DNA of 64,000 nucleotides from assembly GCA_051294905.1 (NCBI GenBank), contig CM119372.1, positions 27,468,001 through 27,532,000 on the forward strand, written 5' to 3'. Positions 50,749 through 64,000 of this stretch are shown here, one piece after another. The notes beneath the pieces are model-generated. The model did not search any database and was not told where the DNA came from. It worked only from the letters and a program-made list of their open reading frames with translations. Origin of the DNA: Botryllus schlosseri (Eukaryota). Positions within the stretch are counted from its first letter, which is position 1. Every line of letters starts with the position of its first letter. Made by a program: the position numbers and the translations under genes.

Positions 50749-53259
50749 CTGAATAGAACGAATCAGCAGTAAATTACGTTCCAGTGGATTTTACGTGGTC
50801 ATTGAAGCACGAATTCGAACAAGAAATTGAGTGATAAAGATTTAAGAGTTTTACAAATATTTTCGTGATCCTCTGTTGCGCTTATACAATCGCTCAAGTA
50901 ATTTTATCAATGTAATCATCAATGATTTGGAGTGCAGGTACCGACGGAACTGAAGTTCAGATTGTTGTCTGGTATTCATGTTTCGACATTTTTGATCATT
51001 GCTCACATTACGCTGAGCCGATAATCAAATTGATTATACACAACTGCTGTATTGTAGCATGGCCAGTGGCCATTGGCCACTTTCTAAAACCCGTTCGATA
51101 CGTTGCGGTGTCGATTTGTTGTCATGGAATAATTGGACATGGCGTTTGGATTACGAACTAAAATTTGGCAGCGAATCATCTTCAGGCATGATTGCTTGAG
51201 AGGAAAGGTTGCGGACCTCTGGTGAAAAGTCCACAACATGAAGTTCTCAATTACGTGCATATTGTTCAGTTCAATAATTTGTTTGCGCATTTATAGCGAC
51301 ACGGGAAGGTATTGTTCTAGTATTCATAGTGTTTTGAGTATGTTGGTAATTTTACATCAGGTCGATATTAGTTAATAATTATCATAATTCCCGATATGCC
51401 ATTTTTCGGCAGGCCCACTTTCGTCCTAGGCTTTTGTTATATACCGCTGACGGGTATCAAATGACAATGAAGAGCCTAGATCTTGGTTCTCAAACTTTGT
51501 TACGTGATATAATTGTCGTTGATACGCGAGCAACGTCATTTTTCTGGCACCGTGACAATTTTCAGCTACAGCATTTTAACGTCCACGTGACAGGCGCGCA
51601 AGCAAAAGTTTAATCTTACTAATTGCCACATGTTTCGGCATGGAATTTTACTCGCCTCCTATACATTACCTGAAGTGCATTTCTGTTTCGCCATTGCTGC
51701 TTATCTGGAAGTCACTAGCTAACTAATGCTTAAGCTATGGAATTCGATGTAGGCCTACCCAAGGCTAAAACGGAGGTGGAGTCGGTATTTCCACGGTGCT
51801 GGGGCTGGAGTCAGAGCTCTGCGTGAAATTCATATATAGCTGTACAGGAACTTCACTCAGTTGGTTAAAAATAGCTCCGGCTCCGATGTATTTCATAATA
51901 TGCTATTCCGCTATGATGACAGAAAACTTGATTGAGGCAAAATTATTCCTTCATACGAATGGTTTCTGAACGCGTCTTTGTACAGAAATAAATGTTTTCG
52001 TTGATTGTGTTGATTTGTTTGTGAATATTTTGAAATGCCACATATTCTTAATCGAGTGTTCATCTTGAAGCCTGAGTTGTGGAGTTGTGAAATGGAACTG
52101 GAGCAGGTGAACCTAATTTACGAATATCGCATACTCCAAAGCTGCCACTGAAGCAATTTAACAATTACGTCTTCTCCAAAGCCTTTGTCGTAACATAAAC
52201 AGTATCATATGCTTATTAGAGGGTATTTGATCAGCGCTACTACAATCTTCAATTGTTTGCTTATATAGACTTACATACAATAATAACCGGGCTATCATTT
52301 ATGAGACTTGGTGTAGTACTGTAAAATGTATTCATCCAGTAGTGTCGAAATGTGTGGAGAGTCTTTTGCCCTTCCCCCAGATATACAGTTATGACTTGTG
52401 GGCAAAATGTCCCAGGCATGTCCCAAGCAAAATGTCCCAAACAGATTTATGACCACAAATATTGCAGTATAGCTTACATGGACATTCAAAACTGACACGA
52501 ATCATATTGAAGACAAGCACGTAACGTCTTGCCAAAGTGAATATTAGGAATATCGATGACGGGTCGTGCTTGTTTATGTAGCAATCCTTATTTACGTGAT
52601 AACAAAAAAATTCAAGCGTCATATGAACAATACTTTCTTCATGGGGTATCGAGCGCCTGATCATAAGCTACTGTTTAGTACTTCTTTGGCGTTAAGAAAG
52701 GGCGCGCCTGAAAATATTCCTGTAGCTATAAGAGATTGTATTCGTATCGTACACGATGAATTCCATCGCACATAGTCTTCTAAACAACATGGTCACTCGA
52801 ATACCAGGAATGTGACATGTCGACTTTACCAGACACCCTTGACATCTTTTCGTTACACGTCACTTCAACGAAAATAAATCGGAAAACAGGGCTATTACTT
52901 TTACACCTTCAATGTCCCGCCTACTATGCGTAACTGTATATAAATAATTTATCCATCGGGTGTGAGCGAAGCATGGATTTACGGATTTTATCCGTCTTTC
53001 AGGAATAATAGTATAAGTGTGACAGACCTTCCCATGTAAGCTGATCATGCGACATTATTGAATAGGCGGGATAACTTATCTCAAAGGGATGTTTCTAAAT
53101 GTCAGTACAGTATTCTGCAAACTGTATGGACGGATGTCCTATAACACTATATTGTGATATCCCTACTCAAACACCGCTATGAAATGAACACGGAAATTGT
53201 GCGCTAATTGATGAGAGAAAAATAAATCTAAAATTATTATTTAAACGTACCGGACTAAC

Positions 53260-53296
53260 CTGCCGCTAACAGAAATACTGCACAGACGATAATCAT
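53260..53296 (-). CDS. Exon 1: signal peptide MIIVCAVFLLAA(G)
   Basis: ATG followed by a hydrophobic run; donor CAG|GTTAG; phase 1 matches exon 2. Confidence 0.65.
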
Positions 53297-55646
53297 TCTT
53301 CCACTCTCCAAATGCAATCACGACTGATGATGCTACAGCCAGTTTCAAAAAACAAAATATATATCTGACACCTTTGAAAGCGATGCGCTTGCGGCAACAC
53401 TGAACACTAAACAATCGTTTCGACGATGGGAATAGGCTATTTGCAGGATCTCGGTCATGTGATTATGGTTTCCCATAGCAACGATCGACTGATTCGTATG
53501 CTATTATCTTCCGTCTGTGCTTGTAATCAAGTTCTCATCTTAAATATTCATTGAAGGGTTGTCAACAAATCAAAATTTTCGTTTAAAAAATCTGAGACTT
53601 GACTATCTTGGATATGTCGTAAGTGGTTGGCACTGTTTTCGGCAAAGCACAGAAGTACTTTGTGTTGTGGAATGTTATCATGACATTTAGCAGTGACATC
53701 AAGCCAGGTACTAAATTTGTCTAGTGAAAGGTTACTGGCTCATTTCATTGCAGTAGGAGTCACTTGCGATTGTAGTAGTGTAGAACACAATAATGCGTTG
53801 TAGTGATGATGAAGCTTAACCGTTAATGCGATGTATCGGGAGTTCCGTGGTTCTTTACCGCCTCGGCCATGCAACGTATAATACACATTCTTGTATCTTT
53901 AGCGATACTGCTATTTCCTGAGCCTGCCCCCACCATCATAAGTGTTCGTACGTATCAGTTGTTGTCATATTTCAAATCATCATTACAGTCCTATTTTCTC
54001 GCAATCTGCTACCTCTGCTTATGCTACTGAAAATTGATTTCTATTGCGATATCGATACGTAGTGCATTTACCGAGCTAACACCATCATACTATCCATGTT
54101 TATTATGTAGTTGGTTTCCGTTTTATTGCAGGATATATTCATCATATAATCGCTTTCTTTTATTCTTGCACTTGGTTCTACGATTACCTCGCTGAGCTAC
54201 TTCATCACCACTCAGTATACTTACCGCTCTTAGCGAAAAGAGTGAGTATTTCCATCCATTGTACAACCCCTGATATACGGGTGTGAATATACTTCAATTG
54301 TGCACGAAACCAGTACCTACCTCAGACTTATACCACGGTATAAATCGAGTACAACATTACATTCCAAATTATGCATGAAAGTAGGAAGGTATGTAAATAG
54401 GTACGTGGGAATTATGACTGCGATATAATTCTGATTTAGGTTCTGTTTTCCTGCACAACCATTTTCGGCCAATTGGGTGTGAAAGCACACTCTTTTCACC
54501 AAGAATGCGGTCTCATCGGATGCAACTACTACTAAAATTCAGGTTTTGCCACTGCTGCAGAATCAATGAATTCAACTTTCATTATCGTACATTGCTTCGG
54601 TATCGCGGAGGATAACAGTATGTGAAATCTACATACCAATTCCGCAGTTAACTCGATCGATACGCGGTGATAGGTTAAATTAAAAGTTTAGTCTCGAAGG
54701 AACTATAGATACCGTATTATATATTGCTAGAAACAGCTGCTATACTCACACGGTTATATAATGAGAAGGTGCCTGTACCTAGAACAACTTTGGCAATGTT
54801 AGGTGCCGCTATACGACTTCACAGTGCTCACCAAGTATTTCATTGTAATTTTACCGTAAAGGGCATGCCAATCAATTATGGGGTAGACACATGTAATATA
54901 GCCAAGTCTGACGTTACTTTCCTCGCAATCATACAACGAAGATACGTGTGAACTTTACCATAAGCACCGAAGCGGAAAAGGGTATCTCGATCGGTAAGCA
55001 TGCGGTCGATAGTTGATGTGATCAAAGTCCTGCGAATATCCCTTTTGACTGACGGTAAACCCACAATATTCTAGAGCAGTGCTTTACCGATTCAGTGATC
55101 TCACACACAAAATGCAGTAGTCCGTATCGGACGGTTCGATATCGATACTACAGAGATCACTTCGAGGAGATATACCACATCAACCATGTGATACGTCATG
55201 TCATTGTTCCTCTAAATTTAAATTTATTATACTTTGTGTTTATTACGCACGTGTTGGCTTACAAATTGTTCGTGAACTTGTAACTTGTAAGGCTAGATAA
55301 TATTGATATAGCGTCCGTAATCAATTCAAATCGCAGGACAATTATCATCTTCATCCTGAATTGCAGCATAAAGTGACTTGTAAAAGTAATATTTTGCAAT
55401 GGATTTGAAGATCGGCGATATTACTTGCATTATTTTCTTTCTCACCAAGCCCGAAAGCAGCAAATACATTAATTTATCTGCATTTGAATGGTTGGTCACC
55501 GATGAATTCCAGATGGTGCTGGAAACGATCGAAAATAAACAAACATAGGCGATTCGGCACCATGGAGATCTTTGCCTGAAAAATTCTGCTGTCCTAAGAA
55601 GATGCAGATAAATTTACTGTAGCTGCATCGGTACCAAATCCAATCA

Positions 55647-55890
55647 AGATAGCGTAATGGTGGTGCGTACGACTTCTCATTCGCTAGGGCTTGGGTTCAA
55701 TCTACGGTAGGATCAGACCAAATACTTGAAAACTGGCATCCGCGGCTCTCCCGTTCTGCGCGCCGCAATTATAGATCACGAAATCACGATAGCGCAGACT
55801 TTAAATAAAAGCACCTCGAAAGTTTTCATCGCATCTCAATCGTCAAATTATCTCGGTGGGTTGGACGATGACAAAGCTAACCTCTTCCAC
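55647..55890 (+). mobile_element. Degenerate tRNA-derived SINE
   Basis: A-box-like tagcgtaatgg and B-box-like gggttcaatct, followed by a body sequence; boundaries approximate. Confidence 0.5.
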
Positions 55891-57288
55891 TTGCTTCATT
55901 GTGTGAACAAATCTTTTCGCCAATGAATTCGATCCTTAGTCCACATCTTAGACGGGTTACGAAAGATTATTTGAAAGTGTCAAACTATATAGTCCTAAAA
56001 TATTTACAGCGATAACCAAAAAAAAGTAATCTTATCAGGAAAAATCAAGGGCATTAAAATAAGTAAGGATAATAATTGAAAATCATTAAGAAGTAATATT
56101 TGCGACGGCATTCGCTGGAGATTGAAGATTATTGTGTCGCAATTAACATACGTATATCCTTTAAAAGATAATATTTGATGAATAGAATGGACCAATTGAC
56201 TTTGTTCTGTCAGGGACCTTTTGAGTCAGAAGGTGAATGCCTGACTCACAACAGGCATTTTAAATATATATTATTCAGCACTATAAAGCGATATTAACTC
56301 TAACTGGGGCCTACAATATTCACGGCGTTGTCTGGTGCATTACAATGGCAACTGCAAGAGCTGACAGGCCGACGCTCAGAAAACAGATTTTCGCGATTAC
56401 AGTCTACGTAACAATGGACGATTGTTTTGATTGGACGATCACCCTCGACGTGAAAATCGGCGATTGTCTTGATTTCGCTTCTCATACCAGACTCCTCGTC
56501 CTCGCATTTTGAAGCGAGTTCTCGAGTGGAAGGTAGCCAGAGATGTTTTAAGATGTCGTTTTTATCGTCTTGTACTATTAGGCAGGCTACAGTAATGTGA
56601 TTGAACTACTCTGTAGCAGACCCAACACGTTTGAGATGAAGTTTTTGAACTAGTCGCCGCTTTTGAAATGTTATAAAATTATGCCGTAATTAGCTAATGC
56701 TAGGAACTATATTTCTAGTGTAGTGGCGTTGCTGTTTGGCTGTCGTTCTGACCGGCTTATAGCATGATGTAGCATACCGGTATGCAGTGGTTAAATGATT
56801 ATTTGTAATGCGTATTATGCGAGAGCAAGCACAGCTCTAACGGTTAATCATTCGTGATGGTATTTCATGTGGCCTTTCTTGCAGTGAATTTCGACTGATT
56901 GTGTACTTGTTACTTGGTGACTCAGGTTTGGCTTAAGGAAAAATAATCGTTAATGGTCAATAAATGCTCCGTTTATGGTAGTAAGTCTGGATATTTGACA
57001 ACTAAACAAAAAGTTTCATCGTTTCAATTTCTATTGGATAATTTGGAGCTACAAAATTGGATATCTTTTGTGAATAGACGTGATTGGAAGCCAACAAAGA
57101 ATTCTGTCCTGCTTCAAATCAAAGTACATCAAAGACTGTGGCTTGCGAAAAAAAAACTGCTTTTAGATAGAAAAGCAGTACCTTCCATATGATCCGAGCA
57201 GAAGCTGCAGCAGCCTTCATTGATCCCGACTATGAGTCCTTGCAGAAAACCACCAAAGAGAAGGATATTTCAGAAAGATCTTCACAAA

Positions 57289-58583
57289 CAGACTTGGACA
57301 ACTAGAAAATTTTCAGCTTTTTTGAATTAGATTAGAATTAGAATTAGAGCTCCACAGTTTTTTCCAAATTAGATTAGATATAGAATTAGAGCTACAAAGC
57401 ATTTTACAAAGTAGATTAGAATTAGAATTAGAGCTACCGAATTTCGCAAAAACTTGGAAATTGAATGGAATTGTGAATGGGAAATGAATACAGCAAAATC
57501 AGTTCACATCAAATAACAGTGCGTGGTACAAAAGGTCGTCCGGCGATAAGCGCCACATATTTTTGTTTAATAAACAACAACAACAACAGTGCATTCCTAT
57601 AATCATGAGAATCGGTAACTTCTGTACACCAAGCGTAACTCGTTTTCTACTATACCAGGGGTCACCGCAATCGCGTCCGTCGATCTGATTTGAGATTTTG
57701 GAAATACCCGAAATAAAGCATTTTGACTGGCTAAAATTGATTTCAGTTTCAAATTATTAACATAAGCGATTCGCCTGTCCCCAACAACACTATTCGACAC
57801 TATCTGAAACGGCGTCGGCGATGGCAACAGCATTCCATCGATGGAGAGTCAAGTGATACCAATAAGCATATTGCAATGGCCCAGACATCGCCAAGACAGA
57901 GACGCTTAGAAAACGACGTAGGACGTCCGCACAAGATCAATTCTTAGGTCAAGATAGTCTTTAAGCTATAGTAACATATCTGGCAAACCCCAATATCGAT
58001 TCACTGGTCGTTGGAAAGCGTTGTCGGGTATCGTACGCAGCTCACACCGTTCAAAATAAAATGACGTTTATAATCATGATATTTCTTGTTGTATTTCTAC
58101 TACTTTAATAAAATATCACTTCTTTTGTGGTAACCATGGGCATTGCCCACGCTAGTCAGAACGGCGTTGTACTAAAGTCCAGTTTTAAAAACTAGAATGT
58201 TGTTCGCAGACTACAAGCTACTCTAGCAGGCTACTCTAGCTATTAGTCTAACTACAATGACTGCTCAGTGTAAGTAAGGCGATGGCGGCTTTGCACTGGA
58301 CTTCCCTGCGTGAGAGTAATATTCTTGTCAAGTCACTGCAATATATGAGTCGGACAAAGAGGAATTTTCAGGAAAACAATGAATTAGATTAGAATTAAAA
58401 TTAGAGCATGAGGGCATTTCTAAATTAGATTAGAATTAGAACATAAGGACATTTCACAAATTAGATTAGAATTAGAATTAGGGCATGGAAACATTTCACG
58501 AATTAAATTAGAATTAGATTACTGGCATTTCGCTCTAATTTAGTGAAATTAGACAACGAGCATTATCTAGTTGTCCAAGTCTG
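57289..58583. mobile_element. MITE with (ttagaa)n subterminal repeats
   Basis: TIR cagacttggacaactaga..tctagttgtccaagtctg; TSD ttcacaaa. Confidence 0.9.
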
Positions 58584-59162
58584 TTCACAAAATCAGGGAA
58601 TGTGATGATAAGCTAGATTCCAATTTAGGTGAAGGGTCAAAATTGTCAATTTTGCTCTGGCTCCAATCCATAAGTCAACTATTGCAACTTGCTAAAGTTA
58701 CTTGCCTCGCAACTTGGATGATACGGCTTCATTTTTGAGCCTTACCAATGCTTGGTGGACAATTGTCAATTGCTGACATAGATTTTCAACAACCCTTTGG
58801 CCAAAGCAATGGTTCCACAAGATAGCAAAATCAATTTCCTCCGCAATTTCGCTAGTTGGCTTATAAAATGGAACGGATGTAACCCCCAGAATTATTCCCT
58901 GTCAAAACCAAACCTCAGAAGCTCCGATTGAAACCACGCAGTCACAGTTACAGATTATAGCAGACTTGTTTGCAGAGGGGTATGTGTTATTCTAAATTCC
59001 AAACTTCAAAGTGACCCGATTGAACGAAAGTCCTCACGGTATAAGCAAATGAGTTGGGGGGGGTTTCTGGTGGTTTAATAGAAGTTGTCCATTGTCAAAA
59101 GATAATACTGTTCCGCTTCAGCCTTGAAATTGACATAAATTACTGGGAGCATGATATTTGTG

Positions 59163-60808
59163 CAGAGGTGGTCAATGTAGTCAATAAGCCTACTCAAGTA
59201 GAAGTAGAAGTAGCGACGCCAAAATCTACTCAAGTACAAGTAGAAGTACTTTTCCATAAGCAACTTAAAACGACTTGAAGTAGAAGTAGAATTTGCTGAC
59301 TTCAGATCTACTCAAGTAAGTAAGTAGTTTTGAAAACGGTCATAATACGTTTGCATGGACTTCCAAAAACTGCAAATTGAGCTATGCCGAAGGTGCAGAG
59401 AGCTTCATGCACAATGCATATTGATGCATCCCAGAAGGTATAAATGTCCGACAGCACGAGCATTCGACTGCATCTTGAGATTCAAAAGATAGTTTTTCTA
59501 TGGAAATGACGAGATACTAATCTTTTATTTACTCGAACATCCCGTTTTTGAAAACGTCATGACATGATTCCTCACGCAAATTACGGCCTTTAGTTCAGTC
59601 GAAGAGCAATACGGAGAAGTTGCATGGATACAACGTTAGTACTTTGCGCGATTCGTATACGATAATAAGGAATGTGGCTTAACGTAAAAACGCCATATAG
59701 TGTAATTGTATCTTAGGAAAATAGACGGCGATGCAGCTACATTTGCTTTTGTATGTTCGCCAGACAAAAGAAGTGAAACTAATTAGAACTCAGTGTAATT
59801 ATACTGCGAATTGAACGAGAAATACCGGGGGAGATAGTGTAGTGGTTACGATAAGCGCCCACCAATCTGACGAACCGGGTTCGATTCCCGTCATCAGGTT
59901 CATCTGGGCTCCTCCTCCCCCGCCGTTGCCGTTCCTACGGCGACAAAAAGCACAGTACAAGACCCGACGAAGGGAAGCGCTCAAAAGGAACGGGAAGAAC
60001 TAGTAGAAAGGGTCCCGGCTTCAAAGAAGATCAACATCGAAAAAGAACTATGACATCGGGCACTGTGGGCCGAGGTGGATGTTTGAGTAAAGGATCGCTA
60101 CTGATGCGTGTCGTTCGACATCCTCCTATCTGTTCATGACATCGCATTGTGTCTTATCGCATTGAAAAATATGAAAAATATAACCCAACAATGTTATGTT
60201 ATGTTACCGATGCTACATCAGAAAGACGGAAAATGTATTTTATTTCTTTTGTCGAGACATTTTTAATGGTGGTCTGCTAAAACAGATCTAACGCTCGAAA
60301 AGTCAGAGCCCTCTCCTCCAGATTAGAACGCGCCATGGGCTTCTATAGATCACGATATAATGGGTAAATGCTAGATTGCAAAACGGTGGTTTCAAACGTT
60401 ATGATGGGCCATATTTACTGTGATGAAATATGTTATATGGGCGACAATGCGGTGCAATGCAACCTAAATAATATTCACTTTCGTGAAAACATATTTGTAA
60501 CTCTATATCTACTTGATGTGAAGCGCGACGGAAATTCTGGGTTTGACTTGAATTTTCTTAAAATGGAAAGTTAGAACTCCGTGAAAAGAGCCCGAGAATT
60601 CCCCAATTTCTTTTTGTAATTGGCGGGGGGACACTACTTCTACTTGACAAACTGAAAATAGCAAAAAGTAAGTAAGTAGATCACAAAATATTATGAAGTA
60701 GAAGTAGAAGTAGCGAGGATTTTATCTACTTGAGTAAGTACCGGAAGTAGAGGAAAACTACTTGAGTACTTCGAAAAAGTAGAAGTACTTCGTTACTGAC
60801 CACCTCTG
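59163..60808. mobile_element. Element B, second copy (inverted relative to 549-1683)
   Basis: TIR cagaggtggtca..tgaccacctctg; TSD tatttgtg. Confidence 0.9.
59827..60207 (+). mobile_element. tRNA-derived SINE inserted in element B
   Basis: A box tagtgtagtgg, B box ggttcgattccc, (tgtta)n tail; absent from the homologous copy at 549-1683. Confidence 0.8.
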
Positions 60809-61774
60809 TATTTGTGTTTCAAGTTCAACTCATTTATACCATTTCAAACAAGTAATTGATGATGTGGCGATTTAAATTACCGGATCAGTTTGATCTCCTG
60901 ACAGTGAGGAGCTGTTGTATGTTGTCTCTGGGTACGTTGGTAACAAGGTCCTCAAAAATCGGCTTGACAGATATGTTCCAAGTTATTTTTCGATCAGTCC
61001 GGTGGTGCAAGTCCATATTATTTCAACTTACTCGATCGTGGGTGACTGCTTGCTCCCTCAGAACCAATCGCCAAGTTTGCTGCATCCAGTTTTTAAATCC
61101 TAGATGGTGGTGACTATTGTTTGCATCATTTTGTTGGGCCTTTGCGTGTTATGATCATCGAGATCGAGCTTTGAAATTGATGATCAAAATTATTGTGAAT
61201 ATGTGTTACAATAAGAATCGGATGCTTGTGAATGCTTCTATGAAAAAAGATGCCGTGAAGGACTTTTAAAAACAATAGTTGAGCAAGACGTATATATTTT
61301 GCATGTGATGCATTTCATTCGCAGTACTTGTGGTCGAAGCTTGTATGTTTGTATGTACATGTTTGTTTTTGCAAGCAATTTCTCATATGACATGTGCGCC
61401 AATTCTTCTTCACATGCTCGAATTGTTTTTACCATGAAATAAAAGAATTCATGAGCAAGTCGGTGTCTTCTCACTATCTACTTCTGCGATCGGTAGATAA
61501 CTGCATCTGTGACGACGTCTCTTGTCAATTTCTCACGGTAAGATAATGATTTGGCCTGTTATACGAATGCAATCAGCTTTTTTGAGGCGAGACGTCTGGT
61601 AGCGAGAAGCAAAATCGTGCATAAACGCGAATTTCAGTTCGGCGACCATCGGCCTCTTAGCTATCGCCAGCGCAATGTACGTGAATATCGTAGGCCCCGC
61701 TCTAACTATATATTAATTGGTAGTCTTCACACGTTAAATAAGATGTGAAAGCAACCAAGATCTTTTTATTATTT

Positions 61775-64000
61775 CAGAGGTCTCAAACTCAAATCTGTTC
61801 GTGGGCCAATTTCCTAGTTTTCGATGTCTCCGCGGGCCGCAACAGCAATAATAGGGATATTCAATGTTTAGTTTTTAAGTAGGCCTTATCTGACGAGACC
61901 TTGTAGACAGGCATTCCACAAACACCGTGGAAATGTAATTTACTATTTGAATGAAATTGTTTTTGTGCCGGGTCTAATTTTTATTAATTTAATGAGGTAT
62001 AGACATCATGCGAGAAGATGAATCATGACATCGTAAAACTGTCGGGTTATATAGTGCAGCTAGTAGACCTATGACGTAACACAATTTTATGTGGAATATT
62101 TTAAAATCTACTGAAGATTGATCTGGTATCAGAGCATTTGAGCGGTTTAGCCTAATTCTGGTTTGGATATAGTCATGATAAGTATAGGCTGTGGTTACTG
62201 TCATCGCCAAGGTCAAATTAAATCAGCGTTACATTTTGCCTTCGATTATTATTGGAACATATGAATAACAACTTTATTATAATCAATATTGGGTCTTAGA
62301 AATAGTATTGCTTCGTAACCTTTTTAGCGATCGTATACCCTTGTGCCTCCAATACGATTTTTCTTAGCCCCTGTCCATTTCAAACACAATTTCTGATGAT
62401 TCCTATATTAAAATCGGAAAGCCAATTCACATAAAATCACGATTAGCGCGAATACTATTTTCCAGTTGAATAAATTTGCCCCGATAATATTCCACAGCAT
62501 TCCTGGTTAAGAACGCCTGGAATTGAAATGTCCAATCGACGAAGAATTCATTGGTGTTACAGCTGTAGAGCATACTACTACCTTACTCCCCGCCGATAAT
62601 AACATGGATAAAGAGAGCAAACAACACCCAGCATGTAACCAACTATACGCCACGGGGTCACAGAATACCAATAATTGCCATACTCACCTGATTAGATAGC
62701 TATAGATAGAGTATAGACCAGTGTTCGGGAACCTATGGCTCGCGAGCCATATATGACTCTTTTGGGTATAAGATATGGCTCTTTGCGCCAAATATATATT
62801 TTTGTAATAAATTGACCAATATTGAAGCGTCTTGTTGTTAAATTTCCATCATGGCCAAAATAATTATCCTCGTGGCAGTATAAACATATCTTTCAGAGGC
62901 AAAGACAATGCCGTCTTCCGGTTTAGGGGCTCGGACCCCCTCCCTTCAAAATCCTCAAATTTAAGTTACTGTCACGCCGGCGGCCAATATCACTCGCGAA
63001 TTCTTTGCGCCAGTATTGTTTATGTTATACTGGAGCCGAACCTCGGCTCCTGGTAATAGGCAGGCTAATGATTAGTTCTGATTGCGCCGTTTATTCAGTT
63101 GCCTTATATAACGACTACTCGTGTTGTTGAGATGTCTCTTCTGTAATAAATGTTTATCGTGTGTCGACATCGTCTCGTGGTGCAACAGAGAGTACAGGCT
63201 CTGTATCCTGATGTGGTTGGTGGCAGCGATAGGATTCGAACCCACGCCATCGAAATGGCTGGTGACACAAACCTCCTCGCGATGTATCCGAATCGAAGTC
63301 TTGAATTGTGCGATACGTTGACTCAAAGAGCATAGGAGACATGGCGGCGCCCATTTCAAAACGCAGTGTAAATACGCATTGTCTTCCTGATCTACGGCAC
63401 GAAATGAACTGTTGTGGAAGTGACATTCACAATTACAAACTCGAATTACAAACAACGCCATAGCTATCCACGTTCCACGTTCTCCACGTACTGTGTAGTA
63501 GGCTACTGGCGATAAAATGTATGCGTGTAGCGCAACGTTATGTTACCGCCGAATACTTTGAGAATTGAGAAGTCGATAAGTATTTAGATTTTCGGAATCA
63601 GTGTGACAGTCACATTCGATTAATATCAGCTGTAAAATTCTAAGCTACTTACGATGAATTGCGTTATCATTGGTGAGGCTTGGCCCGTCTGCATCTTACC
63701 TTTATTTTCGTACAATAGAAGAGACCAGTTTTACAGAAAAAATGTGACGCACACGAGGGATCCCATGCAGTGAGTTTGAATAAGTGCTACCATGGCGTCA
63801 CGAATTTCGAATTGTGACGTAACAGTTGATTGGCATGTATGGCTCTTAGGGAGTGGAGACTGAAAAATGGGGCCAATAGGACTATTCGGGCAAAAAAGGT
63901 TCCCGACCACTGGTGTAGACCTTACGCAACGCAAGCTACGGCCTTTTGATATATTACTACTCCCCCTGACAGTTTCCCAGATTGTTGCATCCGTAGGATT
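61775..64000. mobile_element. MITE of the 10168-11772 family running off the window, with nested MITE 62719-63912
   Basis: cagaggtctcaaactc start; inner TIR cagtgttcgggaacct..aggttcccgaccactg, TSD gtatagac/gtgtagac. Confidence 0.75.
63218..63273 (-). pseudogene. 3' part of a tRNA-Leu-like sequence ending in CCA
   Basis: Minus strand reads caccagccatttcgatggcgtgggttcgaatcctatcgctgcca-CCA: long variable arm and T arm; no D arm or 5' acceptor strand. Confidence 0.65.

Larger units (their letters stand above)
3411..53296 (-). other. Gene model, 12 coding exons, 3' end not found: secreted GH16 beta-1,3-glucanase/glucan-binding protein with C-terminal X8(CBM43)-like repeats
   Basis: Manual splicing gives one open frame of 539 codons. 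All introns are GT..AG and all phases match (1,1,2,1,1,2,2,0,1,0,1,0). GH16 motifs run on across exon junctions. Confidence 0.85.
56953..61230 (+). mobile_element. Decayed P-element/THAP9-like transposase, internally deleted and interrupted by two MITEs
   Basis: THAP remnant MVNKCSVYG..W..RRDWKPTKNSVL..AVPSI; later WWTIVN, QSDPIER..YKQMS and YVVSGYV fragments; right boundary approximate. Confidence 0.8.

Noticed and set aside
53600..56600. Unique-looking sequence with short ORFs upstream of the gene
   Set aside because: No recognisable motifs or consistent splice structure; cannot be called without a database search
57320..58550. (ttagaa)n as interstitial telomeric repeat
   Set aside because: Not TTAGGG or TTAGG; confined to the ends of a TIR/TSD-bounded element
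59827..59900. Functional tRNA gene
   Set aside because: A and B boxes are present but there is no acceptor-stem pairing, and it continues into a SINE body and tail

Overview
Repeat-rich animal genomic DNA (probably an invertebrate, possibly an ascidian; organism is inference). One spliced host gene can be read on the minus strand, from an ATG at 53296 to at least 3411. It has 12 GT-AG exons with consistent phases (1617 nt, 539 codons) and no stop codon was found, so it likely continues left of the window. The predicted protein is: signal peptide, Trp/Val heptad helix, Thr-rich stalk, compact GH16 beta-1,3-glucanase domain with an intact EIDICE catalytic motif, then tandem X8/CBM43-like Cys-rich modules. 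I know X8 from plant GH17 and fungal GH72 proteins, not from animal GH16 proteins, so this architecture is the main finding. Introns and flanks are filled with mobile DNA: two decayed head-to-head I-group LINEs in a 27-kb intron, more than 20 nested hAT-type MITEs with 8-bp TSDs, Chapaev3 and P/THAP relics, Penelope fragments with minimal hammerhead ribozymes (two inverted pairs), and tRNA-derived SINEs. All calls come from manual reading; no database searches were run.
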